From contig CM075993.1 of NCBI GenBank assembly GCA_038087875.1, positions 1,924,001 to 1,988,000 of the forward strand: DNA of 64,000 nt, read 5' to 3'. The notes beneath the pieces are model-generated. The model was not told the origin of the DNA, did no database searches, and worked only from the letters and a program-made list of their open reading frames with translations. The first letter of the stretch is position 1; each line of letters starts with the position of its first letter. The translations under genes were made by a program, and so were the position numbers. This DNA is from Malacoraja senta (Eukaryota). Positions 44,796-58,898 of the stretch are shown one piece after another.

Positions 44796-45621
44796 GGGGA
44801 AGTATTTATTTATTTTTAAAAAAAAATGTTCGGCACGGACTTGAAGGGCCGAGATGGCCTGTTTCCGTGCTGTAATGGTTATATGGTTATATGGTTATAT
44901 TTCGTGTCTATCTTCGGTGTAAGCCAGCATCTGCAGTTCCTCCCTTACACAAAATAACAGGTGGTTTCTTGAGGACAGAAATCAATGTGTACTTCAGCAC
45001 CTCTGGTGAAGTCACACCCACATGGAATCCATTAAATAACCCTAGCCAAAAATAAGTCCTCATCTGTGAAATGTCTTGATCACAATCACTGCAGAACACA
45101 CCACATCCATCCATCATGCTCCATATAATGTGAAAATTATTATGAAAAATTGTGGATAATCCATCATCTTTCTGATATTATTTAAAGAAAGAGTACAGCG
45201 ATACAAAACAGGACCCTATAGTGTGCATCAATAAGCCTCAATTGATGTTGCATCACCTCCTAATGTTGTGTTCTTTAAAAGTCAATTTAATAAATCACTA
45301 TTAGAAATCAAAGGGATTTTCTCAATTACTTGTCAAAACATCCATTTTTCTGTCATCACCGTCACATCCAACAGGCCACACACCATGAAATATTTATTTA
45401 TCTAAAACCCATCTCCTCAGACTGGAAATATTTTTCACGGTGAAGTCATCAGAGGGAGAATTTCATTTATAGAAAGCCTTTCAAAAGTTGCGGGAGCAGA
45501 GATTGAATCGTTTCCTGAGAACTCTTTATCCCATGGTGTTACTCCAAGCCATGGATCCTCCGACAAGGAGAAGGGTCTTCTTCAGGTCCACTCTGTTGTG
45601 TCCTACTAGGAACTCACATTT

Positions 45622-46442
45622 GGGCGGCACGGTGGCGCAGTGGTAGACAATAGACAATAGGTGCAGGAGTAGGCCATTCGGCCCTTCGAGCCAGCACCAC
45701 CATTCAATGTGATTATGGCTGATCATCCCCATTCAATAGTCAATAGACAATAGACAACAGGTGCAGGAGTAGGCCATTCGGCCCTTCGAGCCAGCACTGC
45801 CATTCAATGTGATCATGGCTGATCATCCCCAATCAGTACCCCGTTCCTGCCTTCTCCCCATATCTCCTGACTCTGCTAATTTTAAGAGCCCTATCTAGCT
45901 CTCTCTTGAAAGTATCCAGAGAACCGGCCTCCACCGCCCTCTGAGGCAGAGAATTCCACAGACTCACAACTCTCTGGGTGAAAAAGAGTTTCCCCATCCC
46001 CGTTCTAAATGCTTTACCCCTTATTCTTAAACTGTGGCCCCTGGTTCTGGACTCCCCCAACATCGGGAACATGTTTCCTGCCTCTAGCGTGTCCAAACCC
46101 TTAACAATCTTATATGTTTCAATAAGATATTTCAAAGAGTGTCTCTGGCAGCCTTCCAGCACCAGAGACCCGGGTTCGATCCCGACTACGGGTGCTGTCT
46201 GTAGGGAGTTTGTACGCTCTCCCCATGACCTACGTGGGTTTTCTCCGAGATCTTTGGCTTCCTCCCACACACCAGAGATGTACAGTTTTGTAGGTTATTT
46301 GGCTTGGTATAAATGTATCAATGTTAAATTGTCTCCAGTGTATGTTAGATAGTATTAATGTGCGGGGTTGCTGGTCAGTGTGGACTCGATGGGCCGAAGG
46401 GCCTGTTTCCGCATTATATCTCCAAACCAAACTAAATTAAAC
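45622..46442 (+). mobile_element. HE1 SINE interrupted by minus-strand CR1 ends (about 45646-46130)
   Basis: Head GGGCGGCACGGTGGCGCAGTGGTAG is broken by GACAATA-tailed CR1 sequence, and the SINE resumes at about 46155. Confidence 0.83.
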
Positions 46443-47151
46443 GAAAATACGATAATATTCTCAATTAATTCGTACCCATTTCCTATACCCACTGTCCTGC
46501 CTTCAACCAATGTGTAGGAAGGAACTGCAGATGCTGGGTTTACACTGGAGATAGACACAAAATGCTGGAGTAACTCAGCGGGACAGGCAGCATCTCTGGA
46601 GAGAAGGAATGGGTGACGTTTCGGGTCGAGACCCTTCTTCAGACTTGAGTCGGGGGGAACAGGGAAGGGTCTCGACCCAAAGCGTCACCCATTCTAAACT
46701 ACACTTCCAGAAACTAACCTGATAGAGTGTCTCCGGTGTAAAGACATTAAACGTTTGCAAAGACAAAGACGTTGGTGAGAAGCAATTCTTCCCACGGAAG
46801 CAGACGCAAAATCCAGGCTATTGTGGAAATGTTCGGGACAAGATTTTTTTGTTCGCCCTCAAGTCTCTGAAGCTCAATTGCTTTGACGAGAACTCCTGTG
46901 GAGCAAGTATTTGGCCTCCCTCAACCACTGTGCCCCCCTTATGATCTTGCCTGGCCCTGCCCTGCAGGCAAGTCATCACCACTGCTGTAAATGATCTGAT
47001 CAACGTGGGTGGCCCACTTAATTAAGGCTCCCACAGCGCATACCTTTATCTTGCCTGTGGTAAACATACATTACAAACTCCGCCTGCTATTGACTTGCCT
47101 TTCCACAGATCCTTCAATGAACTGGGGACGGTCCACCACTTAAACAACCAA

Positions 47152-47470
47152 GGGCGCTCACGGTGGTGCAGCGGTAGAGTCGCTGCCTTACAGCGCTTGC
47201 AGCGCCGGAGACCCGGGTTCGATCCTGACCACGGGTGCTGTCTGTGCGGAGTTTGTACGTTCTCCCCGTGACCTGCGTGGGTTTTCTCCGACATCTTCAG
47301 TTTCCTCCCACACTCCGAAGACATACAGGTATGTAGGTTAATTAGCTTGGTGTATGTGTAAGTTGTCCCTAGTGTGTGTGTGTGTAGGATGGTCGTAGGA
47401 TGGTCAGCGCGGACTCGGTGGACCGAAGGGCCTGTTTCCTCACTGTACCTCTTAACTAAACTAAACTAAA
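47152..47470 (+). mobile_element. HE1/V-SINE-type SINE
   Basis: Full copy. Confidence 0.88.
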
Positions 47471-48807
47471 ATATGAGGGTAGACAAAAATGCTGGAGAAA
47501 CTCAGCGGGTGAGGCAGCATCTATGGAGCGAAGGAAATAGGCAACGTTTCGAGCCGAAATCCTTCTTCAGACCCAAACTCAAATATGAGGGTCTGCTTTA
47601 CCTAATGTAACTGATAATATACTGTCTATTTATTTGCCGTGACATGTTAAATGTTGTGGTGAAGCAAGTAACCGAGCAAGTGAGAAATTTATCGTTCCAT
47701 GTTCCGGACAATTAAAATCTATGGATTTTTCTTTGTTTTATTTGGATGTTAGGAAATATACAGAGATGGTGTCAGAATGCACCAATTGGCAATTTCAAAA
47801 GTGTCACCAGCTCAATTTTGTTAAAGTGCTGTGAAAGGCACAGAGTTGTTTCAATAATAGAAATTCTTGGTCGAGGTTGTTCTTTATTTGAAAAGTGCTA
47901 ATTGCAATGTTCTTGCTATCAGCTGAACAAATCAGGCGAGCCGTGCCCTGAAGCTGGCTTGCACCGTTTGTGGTGAGCTAAAGCACAATGGGGTTCAGCC
48001 TTAACGCTGTTCTGTACCCCAACAATGTTGGAACCACAATGCTGGAGTAACTCAGCGGGACGGGCAGCATCTCTGGAGAGAAGGAATGGGTGACGTTTCG
48101 GGTCGAGACCCTTCTTCAGATGTGAAGACTTCATTTCAAATCAAGTATAATAATATTCTAAGATAGACACACAAACGCTGGAGTAACTCAGGGGGTCAGG
48201 CAGCATCTCTGGAGAGAAGGAATGGGTGACGTTTCTGGTCGACTGTCTGTACAGAAGGAATGGTCTGAAGAAGGGTGTCGAGCCGAAACGTCACCCATTC
48301 CTTCTCTCCAGAGAGGCTGCCTGCCCTGCTGAGTTACTCCCCATTTCTCATGATTCTGTTAGAATATGATTTCCAGGGCGGTACAATGATACAACTAGTA
48401 GAACCACTGAAGTAGAGCACCAGAGACCACGGTTCAATCCCAACGTCGAGTGCTGTCCGTGTGGAGTTTGCACATTCTCCCTGTGACCTTAAGGTTCTCC
48501 AGTTTCCTCCCATTTCCCAAAGACGTGCGAGTGTGTGGTTTACCTGCCACTGTAAATTGTCCTCTTTCTTGGTGAGGTGACATTAGATTGGACGAGTGAT
48601 GATTCAATTCATAAGTTCATAACTTCTAGAAGCAGAAGTAGGCCATTCGGCCCATCGGGTCTACTCCACCATTCAATCATGGCTGATCTATCTTTCCCTC
48701 TCAACCCCATTCTCCTGCCTTCCCCCCCCCTAACCCCTGACACCCGTACTAATCCTGAATCTATCAATCTCCACTGTAAAAATTAAACATGAGGAAATTC
48801 AAAATGA

Positions 48808-49118
48808 AGGGCAGCACGGTGGCGAATCGGTAGAGTTGCTGCCTTACACACAGCGCCAAGGACCTGAGTTTGATCCTGACTACGCGTGCTGGACTGTAGA
48901 GTTTGTACGTTCTCCCCGTGACCTGCGTGGGTTTTCTCCGAGATCTTCGGTTTCCTCCCACACTCCAAAGACGTGCAGGTTTGTAGGTTAATTGGCTCGG
49001 TGTGTGTGTAAGAATTGTCCCTAGTGGGTGTAGGGTAGTGTTAGTGTGTGGGGATCAGTGGTTAGCACAAACTCAGTGGGCCAAAGGGCCTGTTTCTCTG
49101 CTGTATCATTAAACTAAA
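48808..49118 (+). mobile_element. HE1/V-SINE-type SINE
   Basis: Full copy. Confidence 0.87.
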
Positions 49119-49317
49119 ATTGTAACATTGATATGGTGATGTCTTGACTACACGTACTGTATATAGAGCGTTGGTGAGACCACACCTGAAGCATTGTTCC
49201 ACTGAGTGGTTTACCTTCAGGGCAAATATCATAGAGGTCTCATATGTGGTGGGATGATTGCGTTAGCACAGGTTGAATAGAGAGGAGTTTTCTTTGAAGT
49301 TTAGCAAGATAAGACAG

Positions 49318-49839
<522 letters not shown>

Positions 49840-49944
49840 CAAAGACGTACAGATTTGAAGGTTAATTGGCTTCAGTAAAAGAAGTTGTGACTTGTCCCTG
49901 GGATAGTACTAGCCTACGGGGTGATTGCTGGTCGGCACAGACTC

Positions 49945-50222
49945 AATAGACAATAGACAACAGGTGCAGGAGTAGGCCATTCGGCCCTTCGAGCCAGCAC
50001 CGCCATTCAATGTGATCATGGCTGATCATCCCCAATCAGTACCCCGTTCCTGCCTTCTCCCCATATCCCCTGACTCCGCTATCTTTAAGAGCCCTGTCTA
50101 GCTCTCTCTTGAAAGCATCCAGAGAACCAGCCTCCACCGCCCTCTGAGGCAGAGAATTCCACAGACTCACAACTCTCTGTGAGAAAAAGTGTTTCCTCGT
50201 CTCCGTTCTAAATGGCTTACCC
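49945..50222 (-). mobile_element. CR1 3' end nested in an HE1 tail
   Basis: GACAATA-tailed copy between GACTC and GACTCGGTGGGCC. Confidence 0.83.
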
Positions 50223-51404
50223 CTTATTCTTAAACTGTGGCCCGATGACTCGGTGGGCCGATGGGCCTGTACCTGTGTTGTACTGTTCTATATTCAGTCT
50301 CTCCCTGTTGCTATTTCTTATAGCCTTATAGCAGATATTTTACCTGTTTTGTGACTTAACTTTCTTTAAAACTAAGTCATAAAAAATCAACTTCTTCACA
50401 AATATTGATTGCACGTTTTAAATTACTAAAATGAAGCTTAGGCTAAGGTAATATTTGAGATAATCAGGTAAGTTCAATTTACAACTTTTCTTCTGCCTCA
50501 AGTGTCTTATAATAATGGTACTAGGTATACAAATAGGCTGGGCACAGCGCAAGTAAATTGATTTAAAATTAAGTCTTTAGAAATGAAAAGTAAATACTAT
50601 TTGGTATGCAGGAAGATGAAATAGAAGTCCAGCATTAGCCAGATAATCTGTGTGTGGGAATGCCTACAGATAGACACGCAAAGCTGGAGTAACTCAGCGG
50701 GACAGGCAGCATCTCTGGAGAGAAGGAATGGGTGACGTTTCGGGTCGGGACCCTTCTTCAGACGGTCTATCAGGGAGCTGCAGATGCTGATTTATGCCAA
50801 AGAAAGACATAAAACGCTGGAGTAACTCAACAGGTCGGGCAGCTGCTCTGGAGAAAGAGAGAATAGGTGACGTTTCCAGTACGAACCCTCCTTCAGACTG
50901 AAACGTCACCTATTCTTTTTGCTGAGTTGACTATGCTGAGTTACTGCAACATTTTGTGTCTCTCGTCAACAGATAATCTATGTTGGCATTCAGTTCAGCA
51001 TTGACTGGAGAGTTACATCATTGGAGACATCAATGGCATGGGTTCGATCCCGACTACGGGTGCTGTCTGTACGGAGTTTGCACGTTCACCCCGTGACCTG
51101 CGTGGGTTTTCTCCGGGATCTTCGGTTTCCTCCCGCACTCCAAAGACGTGCGGGCTTGTAGGTTAATTGTCTTGGTGTGTTTTATCCCAGTAAATGTAAC
51201 ATTATCCCGAGTGTGTGTGAATGCGCGGGGATCGATGGGCCGAAGGGCCTGTTTCCATGCTGCATCTGTAAACTAAACTAAATGAATGAGGTAGAGGGGG
51301 TAAGAAAGAGACTAGGATTGTCGGACAATCAGCGCAGTGTCTCCAGCCCGACCAAAAAGTGTAAAACCAACTAATAACAAGCAACTCCAACAGAACTGGA
51401 CAAG

Positions 51405-52140
51405 ATTCAAGGTTCAAGATTCAAGAGAGTTTATTGTCATGTGTCCCAGATAGGACAATGAAATTCTTGCTTTGCTTCAGCACAACAGAATATAGGCGTG
51501 AATACAGAACAGATCAGCGTGTCCATATACCATTATATAAATATATACACACATGGATAAATAAACTGATGAAGTGCAAATAAACAGATAATGGGCTATT
51601 AATGTTCAGAGTTTTGTCCGAGCCAAGTTTAATAGGCTGATGGCTGTGGGGAAGTAGCTATTCCTGAACCTGGACGTTGTAGTCTTCAGGCTCCTGTACC
51701 TTCTACCTGAAAGTAGCGGGAAGATGAGTGTGTGGACAATATCCTTCTGCATTGTGAATGGAAGCCTTGGACATTACCATACGATATGATAGAACCTTAT
51801 TGATCCCAGGAGGTTAAATTGATCTGCCAACAGTTATAAAAAACACAAAATACATGAAACGTGAAATTAAAGTGACGAGTGGAAAGGATTGGGGATGCGC
51901 AAAGATTGGGGAGGGAGGGGGGTCAGTCTCAGTCTACCCCACGACAGAAGGGGGAGGAGTTGTACGGTTCGATAGCCACAGGGAAGAAGGATCTCCTGAG
52001 GCGTTCTGTGCTGCATCTTGGTGGAACCAGTCTGTTGCTGAAGTTGCTCCTCAGGTTGACCAGTGCGTCACGGAGGGGGCGAGCTGCATTGTCCGGGATG
52101 CTCCGCAGTTTGAGGAGCATCCTCCCCTCCCAGACCAACC
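51405..52140 (-). mobile_element. Two Rex1/Babar 3' fragments (about 51405-51735 and 51780-52140)
   Basis: SGRRYRSLKT-type segment, and MLLKLRSIPDNAARPL..RCSTERLRRSFFPVAI. Confidence 0.75.
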
Positions 52141-52627
52141 TCCCGTGGTTCCGACTTGGGATGCCTTACATCCACCCATTAAAATGGCAAAACTGGAAAC
52201 TCTGATCAGACGAGCTGTCTAATGAGTCCATGGCAAAATTCCAGAACTTAGGTGGGAGGAAAAGACCAGCTTTGCAATAATTTGTGGCAGAGTTTTGTTA
52301 ATTAAATGCACGCGTGAAGAATATTTGCAAGTGTCAAAAGTTTCCCGTGAAGACTTCATTGCCAAAGGTTAGAACCATGTTCTGCTCAGTCAGCAAATTT
52401 TGCTGGGTAACTTTCTGCATTTGATGCTTCAGGGATTTATCAATTATATCACCAACTATTTAAATAGCGTCCAGTCCCCTACACCAGTACTCAATATAGT
52501 GTCAGGGCATTGAATTGAAATGTTAAGTATTCACAGATATTTACTGAGCATATATAAATCCTGATTTTTAAAAAATATTTAAAAGTTGCAGCCTGGTCTT
52601 TACAAAGCAGGAAGCATTTGAAACAGG

Positions 52628-52808
52628 GGTAGACAAAAATGCTGGAGAAACTCAGCGGGTGAGGCAGCATCTATGGAGCGAAGGAAATAGGCAATGTTTT
52701 GGCTCGAAATGTTGCCTATTTCCTTCGCTCCATAGAAGCTGCCTCACCCGCTGAGTTTCTCCAGCATTTTTGTCTACCTTCGATTTTCCAGCATCTGCAG
52801 TTCCTTCT
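52628..52808. repeat. About 150-bp palindrome of Neptune terminal sequence
   Basis: GGTAGACAAAAATGCTGG...GGCAA / TTGCC...CCAGCATTTTTGTCTACC. Confidence 0.88.
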
Positions 52809-54247
52809 TAAGCATTTGAAACTTGTCCCCATTTAACACTGGCAATCATCTCTCCTTTAAATAACTTAAGAAGGTGAGTAGACACAAAATGCTGGAGTAA
52901 CTCAGCGGGACAGGCAGCATCTCTGGAGAGAAGGAATGGGTGACGTTTCGGGGCGAGACCCTTCTTCAGATTGTGAGTACTTTGACCAAAACCTTTTAGT
53001 CTTCGAGTCACGGAGTTATACAGTGTGGAAGCAGGCCCCTCGGCCTTAATATTTTTATGGCCGAGATAGATAGCCCGAAACGTTGCCTATTTCCTTCGCT
53101 CCATAGATGCTGCTGCACCCGCTGAGTTTCTCCAGCATTTTTGTCCACCTTCGATTTTCCAGCATCTGCAGTTCCTTCTTAAACAAAGATAGATTCTTGA
53201 TTCAGGGGTTATGGGGAGGAGGCAGGAGAATGGGGTTAGGTGGGAGAGATAGATCAGCCACGGTTGAATGGCGGAGTAGACTTGATGGGCCGAATGGCCT
53301 AATTCTGCTCCTATCACTTATGAACGGATGGACTTATGACTCTGGGACTCTGCGGTGACACATTACAGATGAAAGGAGGAGGCTGGAGAAACTACCTGCT
53401 TAAATATCTGTTTGCTTCATGGGTCTTATTTCCATGCAGTAATGAACCATAAGGCAATTGAAGTCATCACCGCAAGGAAGCTGGCTTTAGACTACATCTC
53501 CATGGCAACCATTCCTTCCAGTAGAGTGAGAAAGGAAAATTAGTGACCTCCTGCAATTGTTAATCACTTACTGGATCACAAGGTATATTTTAATGGGGAT
53601 AGATGCTGGAGTAACTCAGCGGGACAGGCAGCATCTCTGGAGAGAAGGAACGGGTGACGTTTCGGGTTCGAGACCCTTCTTCAGACTGAGAGTCAGGGGA
53701 GAGGGAGACACAGAGATGTGGAAGGGGAAGGTGTGAAAATGTGGCATCAAAGGGGATGAGGATTAAGGAGAATGTAGAGTTGATCATTGTTAGCTGAGGG
53801 GAAGGTGACAACGAAGCTTACAGAGATAATATTTAGTCAGGAGGGCAGTCAGACTGGTCGGAGAACTCATGGCAGCTCGCTACCCCTTCGAGGAACAGGT
53901 CCTTGATCCTTGAACAGTAAATAGACATTCTTCAAAAACAGAAGGACACAAAGTGCTGGAGTAACGGCAGATCAGGCAGCATCTCTGCAGCACATGGCCA
54001 GGTGACATTTCGGATCAGGATCCTCTTCAGACTCCATGTTCTCCAGTGATGCTGCCTGGAATGATCTTTTTGTAAACCAGCATCTACAGCTGATTGTATC
54101 CAGATCAGTCTGACAGAAGGAGAAGGGGCCCCAACCTGAAATGCCACCTGTCCATGTTCTCCAGAGATGCTGACTCACCTGCCTTGTTACTCCAGCTCTT
54201 TGTGATGTCTTTCAGATATCAGACATAGGGGTTTCAATTAAATGAAA

Positions 54248-55204
54248 CTCCCCACCTCCCCCTCTCTCTCTCCCCCCTCTCTCCCACTCTCCCTCTCTCC
54301 TCTCCCTCCCCCCCCCCCTCTCCTTCTTCCCTCTCCCTCTCCCTCTCCCCCTCCCTCTCCCTCTCCCTCTCCCCCTCCCTCTCCCTCTCCCTCCCCCTCT
54401 CCCTCTCCCTCCCCTCTCCCTCTCCCTCTCCCTCTCTCCCCCTCTCCCTCTCCCTCTCCCTCCCCCTCTCCCTCTCCCTCTCCCTCTCCCTCTCCCTCTC
54501 CCTCTCCCTCTCCCCCTCCCCCTCCCTCTCCTTCTTCCCTCTCCCTCTCCCTCTCCCCCTCCCTCTCCCTCTCCCTCTCCCTCTCCCCCTCCCCTCCCTC
54601 TCCCTCTCCCTCTCCCTCTCCCTCTCCCTCTCCCCTCCCTCTCCCTCTCCCCCTCCCTCTCCCTCCCCCTCTCCCTCTCCCCTCTCCCCCTCTCCCCCTC
54701 TCCCCCTCTCCCCCTCTCCCCCTCTCCCCCTCTCCCCCTCTCCCATCCCCCTCTCCCCCTCTCTCCCTCTCTCTCCCTCCCCCCTTCCCCCTCCCCCCTC
54801 TCCCCTTCTCCCCTCTCCCTCTCCCCCTCCCCTCCTCCTTCCCCCTCCCCTCCCTCCCCCCTCCCCCCTCTCCCCTTCTCCCCCTCTCCCCCTCTCCCCC
54901 TCCCCTCTCCCTCCCTCCCTCCCCCCCTCCCTCTCCCTCTCCCTCTCCCTCTCCCCCTCCCCTCCCTCTCCCTCCCTCCCTCTCCCCCTCCCTCTCCCCC
55001 TCCATCTCCCCCTCCCTCTCCCTCCCTCCCTCCCCCCTCCCTCTCCCTCTCCCTCTACCTCTCCTCCTCCCCCTCCCCCTCCCCCTCCTCCTTCTCCCTC
55101 CCTCCCTCCCTCCCTCTCCCTCTCCCTCTCCCTCTCCCTCTCCCTCTCCCTCTCCCTCTCTCCCCTCCCTCTCCCTCTCCCTCTCCCTCTCCCCCTCCCT
55201 CTCT
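54248..55204. repeat. About 950-bp polypyrimidine/polypurine tract, (CCCTCT)n-like
   Basis: Almost exclusively C and T on the + strand. Confidence 0.97.
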
Positions 55205-55711
55205 CAGACACACACACATTTACTTCTCACTGGGATGATTGCAATCGCTCCCAATGATTAGCCCACAGCTTGCTTTGAGATTGTGGAAGCTGAATGTGAA
55301 ACATGCCGTAATTGCCGTGGGCAGGAGACACAATTATGCGCGATCATCCCATGCGGAGTTCCACGACGAACAGCGACCACAGTCTCCATCTGATCTGCAA
55401 ATGTGAAGAGATTGAGGTTGACTTATTCCACTTGACCAAACTAATGCCCGCCAAGGTGCAGCCTCCCAAATACATGCACCTCGCCACGCAAATAAATCTA
55501 AATCCAGGTGCCAATTGAGGTGACTGGACTTAGTTTCCAACATCGTTCATAGCCCGAGACACCAGAGGCTCATCTACAACCAATTCAATTGTAAATGATT
55601 TGTTGAAGATTAGAATAAGCACAATATGAATCCAAATGGACCCAGAATTTATACCGACATCAAACAGATGGCAATGGTGTTTGCGTTGTTATATGAGATT
55701 AATCTGCCTAA

Positions 55712-55929
55712 ACGGCCTGTCACACTTTCATGACCTAATTGCCGAGTTTGCCCTTGACTCATACTTGCAGCATGGCCGTCACGAGGTCGTAGGTCGGTGG
55801 TAGGTAGGTCGTGATGCTAGTCGTAGGTACTCGTGGCATCAAGTAGGTCGGGCGTTTTTTCTAGCACGATGAAAAATGTCCACGAGTAAAAAAGGTCGTG
55901 AATTAGGTCATGAAAGTGGGACCGGCCCT
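55712..55929. mobile_element. PIF/Harbinger-type MITE (family C, opposite orientation)
   Basis: GGCCTGTCACACTTTCATGACCTAATT...AATTAGGTCATGAAAGTGGGACCGGCC termini, TAA TSD (55709-55711, 55930-55932). Confidence 0.85.
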
Positions 55930-56211
55930 TAATTCAGATACACAGAGGAAGAGAAGCCATCTCTTTCCCAACCATGTCTATGTTGACCAACCATCTGAAT
56001 GATGGTCACAACATGCTGGAGTAACTCAGCGGGACAGGTAGCATCTCTGGAGAGACGGCACAGGCGACGTTGTGGGTCGAGACCCTTCTCTTGATCTGTA
56101 GCCTTCTCTGTCTTGGCCTCTAGATGTCCTCTTCTGGTTACCCCTTCAAGACAGAGTGGGACTACCTGCCTCCACCATCCATTCAGGAAGTGCAGACATT
56201 AAATTGTAACT

Positions 56212-57105
56212 GGACTTTCAAAGAGCCTTTGATAAGGTCCCACACAGATTAGTGTGCACACTTCGAGCAGGGTAGGGTATTGACATGGATGGAGAACTGG
56301 TTGGCAGACAGGAAGCAAAGAGTAGGAATTAACGGGTCCTTTTCAGAATGGCAGGCAGTGACTAGTGGGCAGCCGCAAGGCTCAGTGCTGAGACCCTACT
56401 TATTTGTAATTTATATTAACGATTTAGATGAGGGAATTAAATGTAACATCTCCAAGTTTACGGATGACACAAAGCTGGGTGGCAGTGTGAGCTGCGATGA
56501 GGATGCTATGAGGCTGCAGGGTGACTTGGACAAGTTGGGTGAGTGGGCAGATGCATGGCAGATGCAGTATAATGTGGATAAATGTGAGGTTATCTACTTT
56601 GGTGGCAAGAACTGGAAGGCAGATTACTATCTGAATGGTGTCAGATTAGGAGAAGGGGAGTTGCAATGAGACCTGGGTGTGTTTGTACATGTCAGTCACT
56701 GAAAGCAAGCCTGCAGGTATAGCAGGCAGTGAAGAAAGCTAATGGTATGTTAGCCTTCATTGCGAGAGAATTTGAGTTTAGGAGCAAGGAGGTCCTACTG
56801 CAGTTGTACAGGGTCCTTGTGAGACCGCACCTGGAGTATTGTGTGCAGTTTTAATCTCCTAATTTGAGGAAGGACATTATTGCTATTGAGGGAGTGCAGC
56901 GTAGGTTAATGAATAGGATGGCAGGACTGACATATGATGAAAGAATGGGTTGACTGGATTTATATTCACTGGAATTTAGAAGGATGAGAGGGAATCTTAT
57001 AGAAACATACACAGTTCTAAAGGGATTGGACAGGCTAGATGCAGGAGAAATGTTCCCCATGTTGGGGGAGTCCAGAACCAGGGGTGACGGTTTAAGAATA
57101 AGGGG
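56212..57105 (+). mobile_element. Decayed CR1 RT fragment
   Basis: WMENWLADRKQRVGINGS..PQGSVL..KFTDDTKL with stops and frameshifts. Confidence 0.9.
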
Positions 57106-57640
57106 AGAAGAGGGAGTGGCCGGGGTGCGACCGGTCCTAAAGCCAGCAAAGGTCAATTAAGGGTGGATTTTATTCAGTGGCATGTGCCATCCCAAATAGG
57201 CCAGCACAGTGTGATGTATCCAGATCCACTAATCTGTGCCCAAATCATAGCCTGTTGGCAAACCTTTGAGCGTGAACCAAGTTCCAGATGGCAAAGTTAA
57301 TTAACAGTGCATTGGAAGTGATCAAATCTGCTTAATTTACTCCAAGCCTGAATATTAGCTGGAGTCTAGATGCCAAATCCTGGTGGCGAGATCGTGTTCC
57401 GTTTGTGTGGCGTTGTACAATTTGGCAGCTCGGTTCATATTTTTATGTTAAAACTATCCCCAAGTCTGGAAGAGGCAATAGCTGGAAAAAACCAATAACT
57501 GAAGCAATGATGTGGGAAGGATGAACTGAAAGCAATTTGGATCCCACGATGTATGGTCGGTTACACAGGCTGCTGGTCTCCTCAGCAAACATATTGATTG
57601 GTATTTATGTGGTTTGGTTATGTGTAGCCGTAGGTGGTTA

Positions 57641-57955
57641 GGTTTAGTTTAGAGATACAGCGCGGAAACAGGCCCATCGGTCCACTGAGTCCGCGCCGAC
57701 CAGCGATCCCCGCACACTAACACTATCCTACACCCACTAGGGACAATTGACACTTATACCAAGCCAATTAGCCTACAAAGCCGTACGTCTTTGGAGTGTG
57801 GGAGGAAAGTGAAGATCTCGGAGAGATTCCACGCGGTCACGGGGAGAACGTACAAACTCCGTACGGACAGCACCCATAGTCGGGATCGAACCCGAGCTTC
57901 CGACGCTGTAAGCGCTGCAAGGCAGCAACTCTACCGCTGCGCCACCGTGCCGCCC
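57641..57955 (-). mobile_element. HE1/V-SINE-type SINE
   Basis: Reverse-complement full copy. Confidence 0.88.
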
Positions 57956-58505
57956 ACGGGTGGGAGCCTGAGTTAATGTGAGTTTGTGATTGAGTAAATG
58001 ATCTGGGCTGAGCGAGTGGTGTCATGGTCGCCTGGGTGAATTGGAACAGGCATGGTGTCGTACAACACAACAACAGGCCCTTTCCAAAGGTGGACACAAA
58101 AAAGTGCTGGAGTACCTCAGCGGGACGGGCAGCATCTCTGGAGAGAAGGGAATGGGTGACGTTTGGGGTCGATGTTAATCTGCATGTTAATCTGTCCCTT
58201 GACTTGAATGCTACCAATGCATCTTATCTCAATTCTTCATTGTCTGAATAAACCTCCCAGCTATGAAGTTCTCCTCTCTGCTGTCATTATGAGTTATCAC
58301 CAAAATGGTTCCTGTTTTTTGTACTATCCTTGAATATTCAGCCTGTAGAAATGTGACCTTCATTTTGCTAAAAGTTTGGCTGTTCTAAGCTGCCAAGCCT
58401 GTAGTTGGTGATAGTCATTGCAACTGATCAAGCCGGTTGGCCCAGAACACTGCTCCAACCACCAGCCTTTGACCAACAATCTGCCTATCAGGGAACCCCC
58501 TCATA

Positions 58506-58898
58506 CAAAGATCCTATAGCGAGCAAGATAGCCCACTCGACGGAAAAGACGTAGTACAGTCACGGGCAGATTCATGGGTAATTTTCGGCCCCATTTCCGT
58601 AACCGGTTTCCGTCTCCGCACCAAAGATCCCGTCATAGCGGAGCAAAGATAACTAGTGCGGAGACGGAATTCGGTTACGGAAACATCCTGGTAAAAATAA
58701 AAGTTATTTGGGAAAAATCTTCTCCTCATTTTCAGAATTATAATTTATTAACACAAACTGTTCCCCCGCAACGCTGATTACACTGCGGGTCGGGTCGGGT
58801 CGGGTTACGGAAATGGATGAAATAAAGGCCCACGTTCTGCTCCATTGCGTGCTACACTTCAGAAGGAGTGGTCTATCTTGCTTGCTATAGGATCTTTT
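58506..58898. mobile_element. CAAAG-terminated MITE (P-like or hAT), 393 bp
   Basis: 33-bp TIRs matching at 30 of 33 positions (58506-58538, 58866-58898). 8-bp TSD CCCTCATA/CCCTCATC with one mismatch. Confidence 0.85.

Larger units (their letters stand above)
41222..44899 (+). mobile_element. 5'-truncated CR1-clade LINE inserted into a Neptune terminal repeat
   Basis: ORF1 remnant, ORF2, short UTR with GGGCCGAGATGGCC hairpin, and (ATATGGTT)n octamer tail. The Neptune repeat is split between TTACTCCAGCA (41220) and TTCGTGTCTATC (44901). Confidence 0.95.

Noticed and set aside
54234..55261. Pro/Ser-rich and Gly/Glu/Arg-rich ORFs of 255-339 aa
   Set aside because: Artefacts of a stop-free C/T tract.
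55275..55395. Cys-rich frame (ECETCRNCRG..LCAIIPCG) suggesting a zinc finger exon
   Set aside because: Short, ends in a stop, has no convincing splice sites and no recognisable domain spacing.
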